From a virus, in the IMG/VR virus record IMGVR_UViG_2799112719_000001: a DNA stretch of 64,000 nt; one strand, 5' to 3'. Shown here piece after piece: positions 33,993 through 44,296 of the stretch. The position numbers were made by a program, and so were the translations under genes. Position 1 is the first letter of the stretch. Every line of letters starts with the position of its first letter. The notes under the pieces are model-generated. The model had not been told where the DNA came from. It searched no databases and saw only the letters and a program-made list of their open reading frames with translations.

Positions 33993-36900
33993 ATGGCAGA
34001 TACAAAGAAATCCGAGGTAGTCATTACCTGTAACGCCCAACAGCCAAAGGCCGCTGTCCGTGCTATGGAAACGGAGCTGAAACGTCTTCAGGCTGCATAC
34101 AAGCAACTCTCCGACGCTGGTAAGGCCGGCACAGAGAGGGCAAAACAGATGGCTCACGAAATCAAGGAACTCTCCATCGCCGTGAAGGAGGGTAAGGCCA
34201 ACATGGATAAGATTGTTACCGTGACAAACAATCTTTCCAACTCTTCCCTGTCACAGCTGCAACGTGCTTTGCGCCAGGTGAAGAAAGAAATGGGCCGTGT
34301 CAGTACCGATTCGCCTAAACTCGATGACCTGCGCCAGAAATACAAGGCCATCACCGACCAAATCAAAATCCTTCAGGGTGAAATGGTCAACATCCAGAAG
34401 CACATGGGCAATTTCTCCCAGACTTCTGACGCATGGCTCTCTCGTGCCATCAATCAGCAGAAGCAACTCGTGGCTCAGACTGACAAAACGAATAGTGGCT
34501 ATCAGCGTCAGGTGGATATTCTGCATCAGCTTCAGGCCGAACAGCAGAATAGGGCAATGGCTACCGTATTGAATGGTGGTGCTACTGCTGATGATCTCCG
34601 TGCCGCTCGTGCCTCTATCACGTCTTACCGTGACCAGTTAGGTAAAGGTGGTATTATGCCTGTTGGTGGTGACGTGGCACGGGAAATTGAAGCCTGTAAT
34701 GTCGCTCTGAAGAAATGTGATGAGCAGTTGGATGTTATTGCCGGTAAGGAGAAACAGATTGAGCCGACCGTGCAGGAGATAGAGCAGGATATCACGAAAT
34801 TGGTTGGTAGTCTGGCTAACGCCTCTCCTGAACAGCTCCGTAAGGGTTTGGAGCAATGCCGTAACCAACTGGATAAGATGGCTGCAAACGACCCCAACCG
34901 TCAGAAGTGGGTTACTTGGGCAAAGCAGCTGAAAACGGCTCTCGAAGGTGTGGACCGTGAAGCCGTTGACATCGACAAAGTGATGCGTAACCTCAAAAAA
35001 GAGCCATTGGAGAATCTTCGTAAGGCTGCAAAGCAGTTGGAAGAGGAAATGGTGAAACTGAATCGTGAGGATGCAAAATATAAGGATCGCCAGAAACAAC
35101 TACAAAAGATTCGTGGTGAGATAGACAGTGTTACGCGCTCTATCAATAATCAGGCTTCTGCATGGAGTACGACGTTTAGAAATATCTCCATGTACTTTGG
35201 TGTGTTCCAGCTCTTCTCGATGGCACAGCAGAAGCTCCAAGAAATGCTCCGTAGTAACCTGGCTTACTCCGACCAGTTGGCAGACATCCGTAAGGTGACT
35301 GGACTGGCCACTAAGGATGTGAACGAATTGGCTGAAAGCATAGCAAAACTTGATACGCGCACAAGCATTCAGGAGTTGTCAGATTTGGCGTACCAAGGCG
35401 GTAAGATGGGATTTGGAAAATACGGTGTGGAAGGCATGGTCGAATTTGTCCGTGCTGCCGATCAAGTTAAGGTTGCTCTTTCCGATGACCTCGGCGAAGA
35501 CAGCCTCTTGCAGATTTCAAAGCTCATTGATACGATGGGCCTCATTCCGAAACTCGGTGTCGAAAAATCCATGCTGTCTGTAGGATCTGCCATTAACCAG
35601 CTTGCGGCCACTTCTACTGCCAGTGGTACGCATATCGTGGACTTCTCGAAACGCCTTACAGGTTTGTCGCGTATTACAGGAATTACTACGCCGGAGCTTT
35701 TGGCATTGGGAAGTGCAGCGGATGCTTTAGGGCAGGCTCCTGAAGTTGCAGCCACGGCCTTTGGTAAACTCTTCACGTCTTTGCAGACCAATCACAATCT
35801 GATTGAACAGCAGCTAAACATGGAGAAAGGTACTATCAATAACCTTTTCTCACAGGGTAAGGCTATGGAGGCCATTCTGCAAATCATGGAAAAGATGCGT
35901 GATAAGGGTAACATGAATGCGCTGGGTAACATCTGGAAAGATCTTGGTTCTGAGGGTCAACGCTTGATAGGTGTGATGGCCACCATGTCGAAGAATGTAG
36001 ATACTGTACGCGCACATGTAGAGGAAGCTAACGAGGCTTTTGAAGAGGCAACATCGCTGACCACGGAGTATGCCATGAAGCAGGAAACGGCTAATGCCAT
36101 TCTTGAACGTGCCAACCAACTTTGGGTAAGAACATTCGTGAACCCAGAGGGTGTTGACACCGTGAAGGAGCTGTCGCAGGCTTGGTATGACATGAGCCAA
36201 AAGCTGACCTCTTCGGCTCTCTACATGGGTCAAATAAGACTCGTGCTGACAATGATTATTGCTGCCGTGAAGCTGCTGGTGGTTCTGTTGCCTACGCTTA
36301 TCCAGTTCCTGTTGTTCAAGGGTGCTTATATGGGCGTGATGGCTCTCTATCGTGGCTTCGTGGCAATGAAGACTGCCATTATCGGTGCTATGGTGGCACA
36401 GCAGGGCCTTAACACGGCTATGAAGGCTAACATCTTCGGACTGATAATCTCCCTGATAGCTTCTGCCGTCGTTTGGCTAACAAACTATGGCAATGCTGCC
36501 GATGATGCTGCCAACAAGCAGAAGACGATGAACGAGTACATCAAGGAGGCTGCTGCTGAGATCGACAAAGAGACTCGTAAACTGGAATCCTATAAGCGTG
36601 TCCTGGAAGACGCGAACACGTCACAGGCACAGCGTGAGCGCATCCTGAGACAGTTTAACCGTACTTACGGCACCTATCTGAATAAACTCGGCATCGAGGT
36701 TAATTCGGTGGATGACCTGCGTAAGCATTACGCGCTCTTGAATGATGAACTGCGCAAAAAAATATATTACCAGACGAAGCAACGCGCTTACGATCAGGAG
36801 TTGGGCGATAAGGCTGGAGAGTTGGGCAAAAAGGCTCGTGCTTTCTCTGACCTGACGGTAAATAATTCGCGTGATGGCTCTTTTGCTGCCTACGATACCA

Positions 36901-39632
36901 AATGGCTTGAAGATCAGATAAACCAGAATCAGAACACTTATGGTAGTGTAAACTGGGTTTCCATCTATTCTGACATGGTGCAGAGCCGTTTCGGTAGGCG
37001 TACTGATGGTAGAAGTGGCTTTAATAACGACTATTCGGTATTTACCGATATGGCTGGTACTGAGCATAATGTAGCAGCTTATGGCAAGGCTATTCGTGAA
37101 TATGTGGATGCCTGGCAGGAGTATAACAAGACGAAAAAGAGTATTGATGCAGCTCTTGACCCGCTCATCGGCGACTACGATCCGTTTGCTGAGACTCCAG
37201 GCGAACTGACGAATGATGCTGTTGACAAAGAAGCTGAGAAGCGTCGCCGTGCAGAGGAAGCAGCCCGTCGCAAGGCTCTTCGTGCTGAAATGCGCGAGGA
37301 ACAGGATAAGGCCAAGGCTATCATCGACAATGTAAAGAACTACTACGAGCGTCAGATTGCTGCCATTACGGAAATGGCTACCCGTACCGGCATGGATTCA
37401 GAGCTTCAGAAGAAACTCGTGGATGGTATGACGGTACGCATGAATAGCGCATTGGCCAATGTTCGCCAGGCTATTGCCGGCACAGAAAACGAATGGGCTG
37501 ATTTCCGTCAGTCGATGATGGATGATCTCTACGAGCCGCTTTCTGCCGATGGCACCAACCAGTCAACGAAGTTGCTCGACAATATCATTCACAATGACAT
37601 CGACCAGCTGAAAAAGATGATTGAAACGCTCTCTAAGGAGCTGGGGCAGAATGGTTCCGTATTGCTCGATCAGATATGGCGTAAGGCTACTGAGAATGAG
37701 TTGGCCAATGCAAAACAGGCAAATACGGCATACCAGGCCCGCCAAAAGGTGTTGTTGGAAAAGAACTATACCGGCAAAGTAAACCGTGACTATGAGGGTC
37801 AGATGGAGCAGTTGGGCGTGGCCGAGCTGACTTCCAACCAGTCGAAACAACTGATGCAATGGTCTCAGGAAGGTAAGTCTGAGGACATTCAAAACTTCGT
37901 TAATAGTCGCTCTCAGTTGTGGCAACAGGCATTCTTGAAAGCTCGTGAGCATATTGTGGATGTCTTTGCTGCTGATGTCTCTACTGAAGATGGCCAGAAG
38001 GCTATGCTTACGTTGCTCTTTGGCGAGGACTACAATGGTACGTTATCCGGCTCTGCCTTGGAGTCTATGCTGAATATGGACTTGCAGCAGTGGCAGGTGT
38101 TCTATCAGAAGCTCATCGAAATGTCCGACGCTTACACCGATGCCCAGAAGAAAGCCTATGACGAAGCAAAGCGCCGTGCTGACTTCGTGTTTAACAACCG
38201 TCCTGACATCCAGGGCATCGACAAAGCCACACAGGATCTTTCGACTATCAATAGCGACCAGCAGCGTTTCGGCTCTGATAAGAACTTCACACAGCAGCTT
38301 GGAATGTCCTGGGATATGGATTCTGACCCAGAGATACTGCGCTATCGCCTGCTGTCGGAAAAGGCCCGTCTCTACTATCAGGAAATGAAGTCGCTCCGTG
38401 AGCAGGATAAGATCAGCGAACAGCAGTTGACCGATGCTAAACGTCAGATGATGGAGGCACAGACGGCCATGGCCGATAAGGTGGCCGCTAAGTTCAATGA
38501 GCGTGTTCAACTGTTGCAGTCATTCAGCGAACCGATGGCGACCTTTGCCGAAGGGGTAGGGGAGTACCTGGAAAGCCTCTCTGATGATGCGGAGGATTCT
38601 AACGAGAAGATGAAGAACATGGCTAAGACCATGCTCAAAGCCTACGCCAAGATGACGCTTCAGCTGATGGCCGAAGACCTGACTCGCCGCGTCACCAAGC
38701 AGCTATACCATCGTCAGGAGGAAGCCGACGAAACGCTGCATCAGCAGACATTGCTCCAGATACAACAGATGTACCAGGCACTCATGCTGACAGCACAGCA
38801 GACGGGCGACGCTGCACGTCTCACACAGCATTCGACATCTAACGCTGCCGAACTGTCTGAGGAAGCAACGGCCACAACGGGTAAGGTGGGACTTGGTATT
38901 GCCGGTGGTGCTGCTAAGATCATTGGCACCTTGGGCTTCTGGGGTATTCCGCTCATCGCTGTTATCACAGCCTTGCTGATGGGCTTGCTCTCATGGGCTA
39001 TCTCTGCTGCCTTTGGCGGTAGTGACAGTGGCGGTGCTGATTCTGGTCCTAACGTAAAGCTGGCCACGGGTATGCTGACATACGACGGTGGTAACGTGCA
39101 GTCTGTTGGTGGCGGTTCCACTCCATCCGGCGACACTACAAGCCCTGTCCTCGGTACAGATGGCAAGGTGTATAACGCTAAACAGGTAGGTAAACTTCAG
39201 ACGGGCATTGTTACACAGCCTATCGCTACCATGGTCAACGGCCAGCCGTCTCTCGTGGGCGAGAAAGGCCCTGAAATGGTAATTGGTAGGGAAACAACAG
39301 CAGCTATGCAAATGGCGCGTCCTGACCTTATCAATGAGATTGTGAAGTTCGATAAAAACTTCTCAGGGCGTGGATTCCGCACTTATGACGATGGCAACCT
39401 GTCCGACTTCACGGTGCCCGATGCGTCAGCAGCGGGTGAAAACATGCTCACCTCTGATGACATCCAGGGATTCCGTGATACGATGGCAGAGTTTACGGCC
39501 ATGATGTTGTTACTCCAGAAGAATGGCCTGCACGTCAACAAATTCGGACGTGGAAGCGTCACTCAGGAGTCTGCCGACGGTGCCGCATTCATGCGTCGTA
39601 ACTCCGGCGATCGTCTGTGGCGTAAGGGCTAA
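33993..39632 (+). CDS. Tail tape measure protein
   Basis: 1879 aa. Extended coiled coils, a central hydrophobic block (LVLTMIIAAVKLLVVLLPTLIQFLLF...) and a second TM cluster near residue 1640. Confidence 0.85.
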   Translation: MADTKKSEVVITCNAQQPKAAVRAMETELKRLQAAYKQLSDAGKAGTERAKQMAHEIKELSIAVKEGKANMDKIVTVTNNLSNSSLSQLQRALRQVKKEMGRVSTDSPKLDDLRQKYKAITDQIKILQGEMVNIQKHMGNFSQTSDAWLSRAINQQKQLVAQTDKTNSGYQRQVDILHQLQAEQQNRAMATVLNGGATADDLRAARASITSYRDQLGKGGIMPVGGDVAREIEACNVALKKCDEQLDVIAGKEKQIEPTVQEIEQDITKLVGSLANASPEQLRKGLEQCRNQLDKMAANDPNRQKWVTWAKQLKTALEGVDREAVDIDKVMRNLKKEPLENLRKAAKQLEEEMVKLNREDAKYKDRQKQLQKIRGEIDSVTRSINNQASAWSTTFRNISMYFGVFQLFSMAQQKLQEMLRSNLAYSDQLADIRKVTGLATKDVNELAESIAKLDTRTSIQELSDLAYQGGKMGFGKYGVEGMVEFVRAADQVKVALSDDLGEDSLLQISKLIDTMGLIPKLGVEKSMLSVGSAINQLAATSTASGTHIVDFSKRLTGLSRITGITTPELLALGSAADALGQAPEVAATAFGKLFTSLQTNHNLIEQQLNMEKGTINNLFSQGKAMEAILQIMEKMRDKGNMNALGNIWKDLGSEGQRLIGVMATMSKNVDTVRAHVEEANEAFEEATSLTTEYAMKQETANAILERANQLWVRTFVNPEGVDTVKELSQAWYDMSQKLTSSALYMGQIRLVLTMIIAAVKLLVVLLPTLIQFLLFKGAYMGVMALYRGFVAMKTAIIGAMVAQQGLNTAMKANIFGLIISLIASAVVWLTNYGNAADDAANKQKTMNEYIKEAAAEIDKETRKLESYKRVLEDANTSQAQRERILRQFNRTYGTYLNKLGIEVNSVDDLRKHYALLNDELRKKIYYQTKQRAYDQELGDKAGELGKKARAFSDLTVNNSRDGSFAAYDTKWLEDQINQNQNTYGSVNWVSIYSDMVQSRFGRRTDGRSGFNNDYSVFTDMAGTEHNVAAYGKAIREYVDAWQEYNKTKKSIDAALDPLIGDYDPFAETPGELTNDAVDKEAEKRRRAEEAARRKALRAEMREEQDKAKAIIDNVKNYYERQIAAITEMATRTGMDSELQKKLVDGMTVRMNSALANVRQAIAGTENEWADFRQSMMDDLYEPLSADGTNQSTKLLDNIIHNDIDQLKKMIETLSKELGQNGSVLLDQIWRKATENELANAKQANTAYQARQKVLLEKNYTGKVNRDYEGQMEQLGVAELTSNQSKQLMQWSQEGKSEDIQNFVNSRSQLWQQAFLKAREHIVDVFAADVSTEDGQKAMLTLLFGEDYNGTLSGSALESMLNMDLQQWQVFYQKLIEMSDAYTDAQKKAYDEAKRRADFVFNNRPDIQGIDKATQDLSTINSDQQRFGSDKNFTQQLGMSWDMDSDPEILRYRLLSEKARLYYQEMKSLREQDKISEQQLTDAKRQMMEAQTAMADKVAAKFNERVQLLQSFSEPMATFAEGVGEYLESLSDDAEDSNEKMKNMAKTMLKAYAKMTLQLMAEDLTRRVTKQLYHRQEEADETLHQQTLLQIQQMYQALMLTAQQTGDAARLTQHSTSNAAELSEEATATTGKVGLGIAGGAAKIIGTLGFWGIPLIAVITALLMGLLSWAISAAFGGSDSGGADSGPNVKLATGMLTYDGGNVQSVGGGSTPSGDTTSPVLGTDGKVYNAKQVGKLQTGIVTQPIATMVNGQPSLVGEKGPEMVIGRETTAAMQMARPDLINEIVKFDKNFSGRGFRTYDDGNLSDFTVPDASAAGENMLTSDDIQGFRDTMAEFTAMMLLLQKNGLHVNKFGRGSVTQESADGAAFMRRNSGDRLWRKG

Positions 39633-39660
39633 CCACTGTACCCAGCCGTTCTCGGCTGGT
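39633..39660 (+). terminator. Conserved hairpin, family copy 3
   Basis: CCACTGTACCCAGCCG-TTCT-CGGCTGGT. Confidence 0.6.
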
Positions 39661-39707
39661 AACTATTGACATTGATTCTTGTACTACATACTGTTTATGT
39701 AATTTTT

Positions 39708-39737
39708 CGGTGGTCACGCTGTGAAGCGTGGCCACCG
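39708..39737. other. Strong 12-bp hairpin in the non-coding region
   Basis: CGGTGGTCACGC-TGTGAA-GCGTGGCCACCG, with one G-U pair. Confidence 0.5.
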
Positions 39738-39805
39738 CCTGTGTAATTAAAGGCGTGGGCTATTCTCGCGCTGAAGGTAATCAGAATATCGCGCTGGCTC
39801 CGCTC

Positions 39806-39859
39806 TTGGGGTAATATCACAGCCTTTATATATGTGATTTTAAGCACATATTACCCCAA
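39806..39859. other. Perfect 12-bp inverted repeat separated by 30 nt
   Basis: TTGGGGTAATAT ... ATATTACCCCAA. Confidence 0.6.
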
Positions 39860-39950
39860 TTTAATTACGCTGCAAATTTACGAATTTTCCGCGACATGGC
39901 CAAATGTTTTGGCGATTATTTTCTAATTATTTTCGCGCTCCTGTCGGTAT

Positions 39951-39976
39951 TGTTCCCAGCGGTTTATCCGCTGGGT
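39951..39976 (+). terminator. Conserved hairpin, family copy 4 (not after a gene)
   Basis: TGTTCCCAGCGG-TTTAT-CCGCTGGGT. Confidence 0.45.
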
Positions 39977-40609
39977 CTTCCTGGCTATCCCCGCACCCCT
40001 CAGTGGCGGTCAAAGGATGAGCAAGTGTTGGCACTATCATTCCCTGAAACGCCCTTAGATACTACTTTCTGGCCGCTTTTTAGGCTCCAAAAAGTTGAAA
40101 AAGTCATTTTCTGGCGTACCCTTACTATTATTTTGCGAAAATTCTTTCTCGATAATTCTCAAATTTCCGCACCTTAAAATGTAATGAGCAATAATGCGAA
40201 AGCTCTGCTTTCTCTTTTGATAATCAATGAGTTGTGGAGGAACGGGGGAGGGCAGTTAAGCGGAGAAAACGGGATTTTTTCGTTCTAATTCCATATTTCT
40301 GTTTTTCTCCTGTATGCGTAATAGTTTGTGAAAAAGAGGTAAAAATAACTTTTTACCTTAGTATTAGGTATGAGAATCAACAAGTTAGCACTAAGTGTTT
40401 TCATCCTTTTTCAAACTTTTCTCATCCTTAAAAAACTTTTTTCCCCGAAAATGACATTAGGCTTCGTGGTAGATGTGGCTGCAAAAAGTTATTTTAGGGT
40501 TTGAGGGTGGTTTTGTCACTGAGAGGGGGAGAAATCGGGCGAAAACAGAATAAAACCCTCATAAAAGTGTTAAATTTTGGGGGAAATAAGAATAAAACCC
40601 GAATTATAT

Positions 40610-40640
40610 TTTGTCAATTCAAGAAAGTTTCTTATTTTTG
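40610..40640 (+). promoter_or_regulatory. Bacteroidota-type promoter for the 40.7-49 kb operon
   Basis: TTTG (40610-40613) and TAttTTTG (40633-40640) with 19-nt spacing. Shares ATTTTGTCAATTCAA with the parA promoter. Confidence 0.5.
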
Positions 40641-40690
40641 CATCGAAAATCAGACTAAGAACTGATTAAAACCATAATAATATATAAGGT

Positions 40691-41074
40691 ATGAAAGTAT
40701 ATCTCGTCATCCTGAATTGGGTCCTTGCAAGCGCACTGGTGAGTTGTGCGCTGTGGCTGGCTCCCCTCGTTGGGGGCTGGCCACTACCTGTTGGTATGTT
40801 CATCGGTTGCATGATGACTGCCGGCATGGTGTCGTGGCAGTATTACAAAGACCAGTCGCCGGAAAAGGAATGGAAGTGGCGTAAAAACTACTTCAAAAAG
40901 GACTATCGTATCGAGATCATGGCGCAAGTGGCCATCACCGCCATATTGTACGGTCTCTCGTGTCTGTTTTGGCAGGGATTCTTCCTGCTGTTGGCCGGAT
41001 TCTTTGCTGCATGGATCCTGAACATCCTCGTGGAATGGCTCTGGGCGGCCATACATCCACACTACCGTCGCTAA
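40691..41074 (+). CDS. integral membrane protein (about 4 TM helices)
   Basis: 127 aa, hydrophobic throughout. Confidence 0.6.
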   Translation: MKVYLVILNWVLASALVSCALWLAPLVGGWPLPVGMFIGCMMTAGMVSWQYYKDQSPEKEWKWRKNYFKKDYRIEIMAQVAITAILYGLSCLFWQGFFLLLAGFFAAWILNILVEWLWAAIHPHYRR

Positions 41075-41084
41075 AAAGAAAAGT

Positions 41085-42095
41085 ATGTTTGACCAACTCT
41101 GTTCTGTATATAGCGACTCCCACGATAACTGTGGCCGTTTCGTTGACCGCGAGACGGGCGAGATTATCCAGCAGATGACCATCCGCGAGTTCTGTCTGAC
41201 CGACCGCTGGAAGCCAGTGGTTGATCAGCTTCGCGCTATGGTGGCAGAGTATGGCGAGAAAGCGGCCAAGGCGCGTGATGACTACCGCGAAATGAAGACG
41301 CTGCTGCCTGGTGCTACTCTGTCGGGCCTCTTTGAGCTGCGTGAGGTTGACGTGGAGAAAACCAATCATCGTACAGGTGAGAAGTTCATCGTCAGGGAAA
41401 TGGTGTCACGCCGTCAGGCACACCTCTTGCAGCATACAGGTTTCCTGTGTATCGACATCGACCGCCAGGATAACCAGTCGCTCCAGGATATGAAGGTCAT
41501 CCTGCGCACATTGCGCCATCGGCCAGAGGTGGCACTGTGCATGAAGTCGTGTTCTGGCACAGGTTACTTCGTGCTTATTCCGTTGGCTTATCCTCAGTAT
41601 CATCGTCAGCAGTTTGCGGCCTTGCTCCGCGAGTATGCAGCCCTGGGCATCGTCATCGACCGTAAGTGTGCCGATGTGACGCGCATCCGTTTCGCGTCCT
41701 ACGATGATAAGCCGTTTATCAATAACAACGCTATTCCCTATTCAGGGGTGGACCTCGGCGAGCAGATGCTGGCACCCAAGGCTGCTGTCTATACACAGCG
41801 TAGTGAGACATCCGACGAACTGGTGCAAAAGGTGGAGATCCTGGTGCAGAAGCTCGAAACGACGCATACCGATATTACCAATGACTATGACGTATGGATC
41901 CGCATAGGCATGTCGCTGGCATGTCTGCCGGAGCCTTGGGGCAGTCAGTTCTTTCATCGAGTGTCTTCTATCAGCAATAAGTACAATGCTTCTGACTGTC
42001 AAAAGAAGTTTGAGTACAACAGTAATCCAACGACTATATCAATAAATTACTTCTTTGCCCGTTGCAAGGAAGCAGGAATCACATTAAGGTATTAA
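41085..42095 (+). CDS. Primase-like protein (VirE/BT4734-like N-domain plus PriCT-like C-domain)
   Basis: FLCIDIDRQDN, GYFVLIPLAYP and DVTRIRFASYDDKPFIN, then DYDVWIRIGMSLA...SDCQKKFE. Confidence 0.55.
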   Translation: MFDQLCSVYSDSHDNCGRFVDRETGEIIQQMTIREFCLTDRWKPVVDQLRAMVAEYGEKAAKARDDYREMKTLLPGATLSGLFELREVDVEKTNHRTGEKFIVREMVSRRQAHLLQHTGFLCIDIDRQDNQSLQDMKVILRTLRHRPEVALCMKSCSGTGYFVLIPLAYPQYHRQQFAALLREYAALGIVIDRKCADVTRIRFASYDDKPFINNNAIPYSGVDLGEQMLAPKAAVYTQRSETSDELVQKVEILVQKLETTHTDITNDYDVWIRIGMSLACLPEPWGSQFFHRVSSISNKYNASDCQKKFEYNSNPTTISINYFFARCKEAGITLRY

Positions 42096-42099
42096 CAAT

Positions 42100-43002
42100 A
42101 TGTATCTCATCAAACCATCAGTAGAATTATGGCCTGCGCCAGAGCAGTGGCAGGAACAGGTGGCTCGTGCTGCCCGTCTGTGCTATGCCTCTGAAGGTGG
42201 GCAGAAGAGTGCCGAGGACTTCTGCGAAATGCTGAAGAAACGTAATCACCTCTCGATGTTCCGGCATGGATCACGCTATTTCGTGGTGCCTAACGTGCAG
42301 CACTCTGAGGAAGCCGATAAAGAACATTTCCCGTTGTGGATGTTTACGGCTCTGAATAACTCGCCCTATGTGGGCATCGTCTATCACAAGGATAAGAAGG
42401 CTAAGACGCGCAACTACTTTGTCTCTACCAACCTTCAGTATCTCATGGATAACCCTCGCATTGAGTCACAGCTGGTGCCTTACGAGGTGACACTCCAGCA
42501 GTTTGTGGGAAAGGCCAATGAACTGAACTTTGTCACGGCATTGGCTCTGGTTCGTTATACGGTATGTGTGACAACGCAGATCAGTACCAGCCGCGAACTG
42601 AACCGCACTTCGCCTAACAACATTGCGGAGCAGAGCACCCGCTATGTCAACTTCGGCAAAAAGGGTGGCATCACCATCTGTTTGCCTCACTGGTATAACT
42701 GTGCTCACTGGACGAAGAAACTGATGGCCCGCACGTTCTGGAAGTGTAGCGAGTGGGCATATAAGCTGGGGCTTCGCCTCGGACTGCCTGCACAGGATGC
42801 GCGTGGTTTCCTGGCTCTTGATACGGCTACCCGTGTGGCCTATACCTACAATGTCTTCGAGTGGAAAGCCATTATGCGCTTGCGTCTCACTGGTGAAACA
42901 GGCAAGCCACATCCCAATGCACAGATCGCTGCACAGCAGATTCACGATGCCATTCTGCCTCAGATGCGTGTCTATGGTGGCGAAAGCGCGACTTTAGTGT
43001 AA
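42100..43002 (+). CDS. ThyX-like (flavin-dependent thymidylate synthase fold) protein with divergent signature motif
   Basis: NHLSMFRHGSRYF and SRELNRTSPNNIAEQSTRYV align with the ThyX blocks, but the RHR..S signature reads RTS..N. Confidence 0.5.
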   Translation: MYLIKPSVELWPAPEQWQEQVARAARLCYASEGGQKSAEDFCEMLKKRNHLSMFRHGSRYFVVPNVQHSEEADKEHFPLWMFTALNNSPYVGIVYHKDKKAKTRNYFVSTNLQYLMDNPRIESQLVPYEVTLQQFVGKANELNFVTALALVRYTVCVTTQISTSRELNRTSPNNIAEQSTRYVNFGKKGGITICLPHWYNCAHWTKKLMARTFWKCSEWAYKLGLRLGLPAQDARGFLALDTATRVAYTYNVFEWKAIMRLRLTGETGKPHPNAQIAAQQIHDAILPQMRVYGGESATLV

Positions 43003-43037
43003 TAACTCATATTTTTTTAACTTAAAAGTAAATTTTC

Positions 43038-43481
43038 ATGGAAAAAACTTTGAATTACCCCCCCCTGGAAGAGCTGAAGACGCTCACGGAGGAAGAGGTC
43101 AGAGCATGGTTTGGAAAAGTCCGTATCTGGCGTGATGAGCACATCGACGAACTGCGTCATCAACAAGAGACGGCCATCTTTAACATCAGGACTGAGCAAA
43201 AGGTGGAACGTAACCGTATTATCTGCCTGATTGAACTGAAACGCTCTCAACTGCCGACTGGTGGCAATACAGATGAGCGTGAGCGAACACTGACACTGCG
43301 TAACGAGATTCATAATCTCGATTACGAAATGCAGACGAATGACATCAACAGCCGTAAAAAAATTGCGGATATCAAGTATGAGTCTAAACGGGCCATCAAT
43401 GACATTCAGCGTCAATGGGAAACCGCTACGGGAACCTTGAAACAAGCCCTCGCTTTCGTCTGCAATAAGACTGAGGACTAA
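43038..43481 (+). CDS. coiled-coil protein
   Basis: 147-aa ORF containing an in-frame C8 tract (43058-43065). Confidence 0.55.
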   Translation: MEKTLNYPPLEELKTLTEEEVRAWFGKVRIWRDEHIDELRHQQETAIFNIRTEQKVERNRIICLIELKRSQLPTGGNTDERERTLTLRNEIHNLDYEMQTNDINSRKKIADIKYESKRAINDIQRQWETATGTLKQALAFVCNKTED

Positions 43482-43513
43482 GTTACTATAATTATAATTA
43501 TGATAAATAAACA

Positions 43514-44296
43514 ATGAAACGACCACTCGCCCACACTGCGATATACAAGCCTGAAGGCCCTGCACAGGAGTATGCTGTCTGGGGATGCAATCTCTATAAG
43601 GGATGCGTCCATCAGTGTACCTATTGCTATCTCCGTCGTGGCCCGATGGCAAAGCAGCTCGGCGGTGCTGTGCCTGAGATAGAGAAAAAAGTGGGTGGTA
43701 CGGAAGAGAAGGCTTACCGACGCTTCTGTATGGAAGTGGATGCTTACCATGAGTTGTTTAGGGCTGATGGTGGCATTTTCTTCTCTTTCAGTACCGACCC
43801 AATGCTTCGTGAGACGTATGCACTGACCATAAAGTGTGCTATCTATGCCATGGAGCACCATGTGCCGGTGTATATTCTCACGAAAGCGACATGGTGGGTA
43901 CAGAATACTGAGATTATCCAGCAGCTCTTTCCGTACCGCTATTATCTGCATATCGGCTTCACACTGACAGGCTTTGACTATATGGAGCCAAACGCTCCAA
44001 AGAACAGTAACCGCCAGGTGGCAATGATCATGCTGGAGAGCATGAATTTCAAGTGCTGGGCTTCGATGGAGCCAGTCATTGACTTTGCTATGTCGTTGGC
44101 TATCATTGAGACCGTAAAGGATGTGTGCCGTGAGTTCCGCATCGGCCTCCTGTCGCCCTACTCTGCCAAACGGTATGATTGGAATGAGTGTGACCGATTC
44201 ATGCAGCATGTCGAAAAACTATCAAACGAGTATGAGTTTAAGGTCGTTTGGAAGGAATCTATCAAGAAATTTTACCGAGAAGAAAAACCTGAATAA
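43514..44296 (+). CDS. Radical SAM protein (SplB/photolyase-like class)
   Basis: NLYKGCVHQCTYCY is a CxxxCxxC cluster near the N-terminus. Confidence 0.7.
   Translation: MKRPLAHTAIYKPEGPAQEYAVWGCNLYKGCVHQCTYCYLRRGPMAKQLGGAVPEIEKKVGGTEEKAYRRFCMEVDAYHELFRADGGIFFSFSTDPMLRETYALTIKCAIYAMEHHVPVYILTKATWWVQNTEIIQQLFPYRYYLHIGFTLTGFDYMEPNAPKNSNRQVAMIMLESMNFKCWASMEPVIDFAMSLAIIETVKDVCREFRIGLLSPYSAKRYDWNECDRFMQHVEKLSNEYEFKVVWKESIKKFYREEKPE

Noticed and set aside
39896-40431. Plus-strand ORFs of 93 and 65 aa in the 1-kb gap
   Set aside because: They run through a conserved terminator-type hairpin and other stem-loops. They have low-complexity sequence and no leader motif, so I treated the region as non-coding.
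43017-44209. Minus-strand ORFs of 211 and 243 aa
   Set aside because: They are antisense to the coiled-coil and radical SAM genes, which carry the CxxxCxxC motif on the plus strand.
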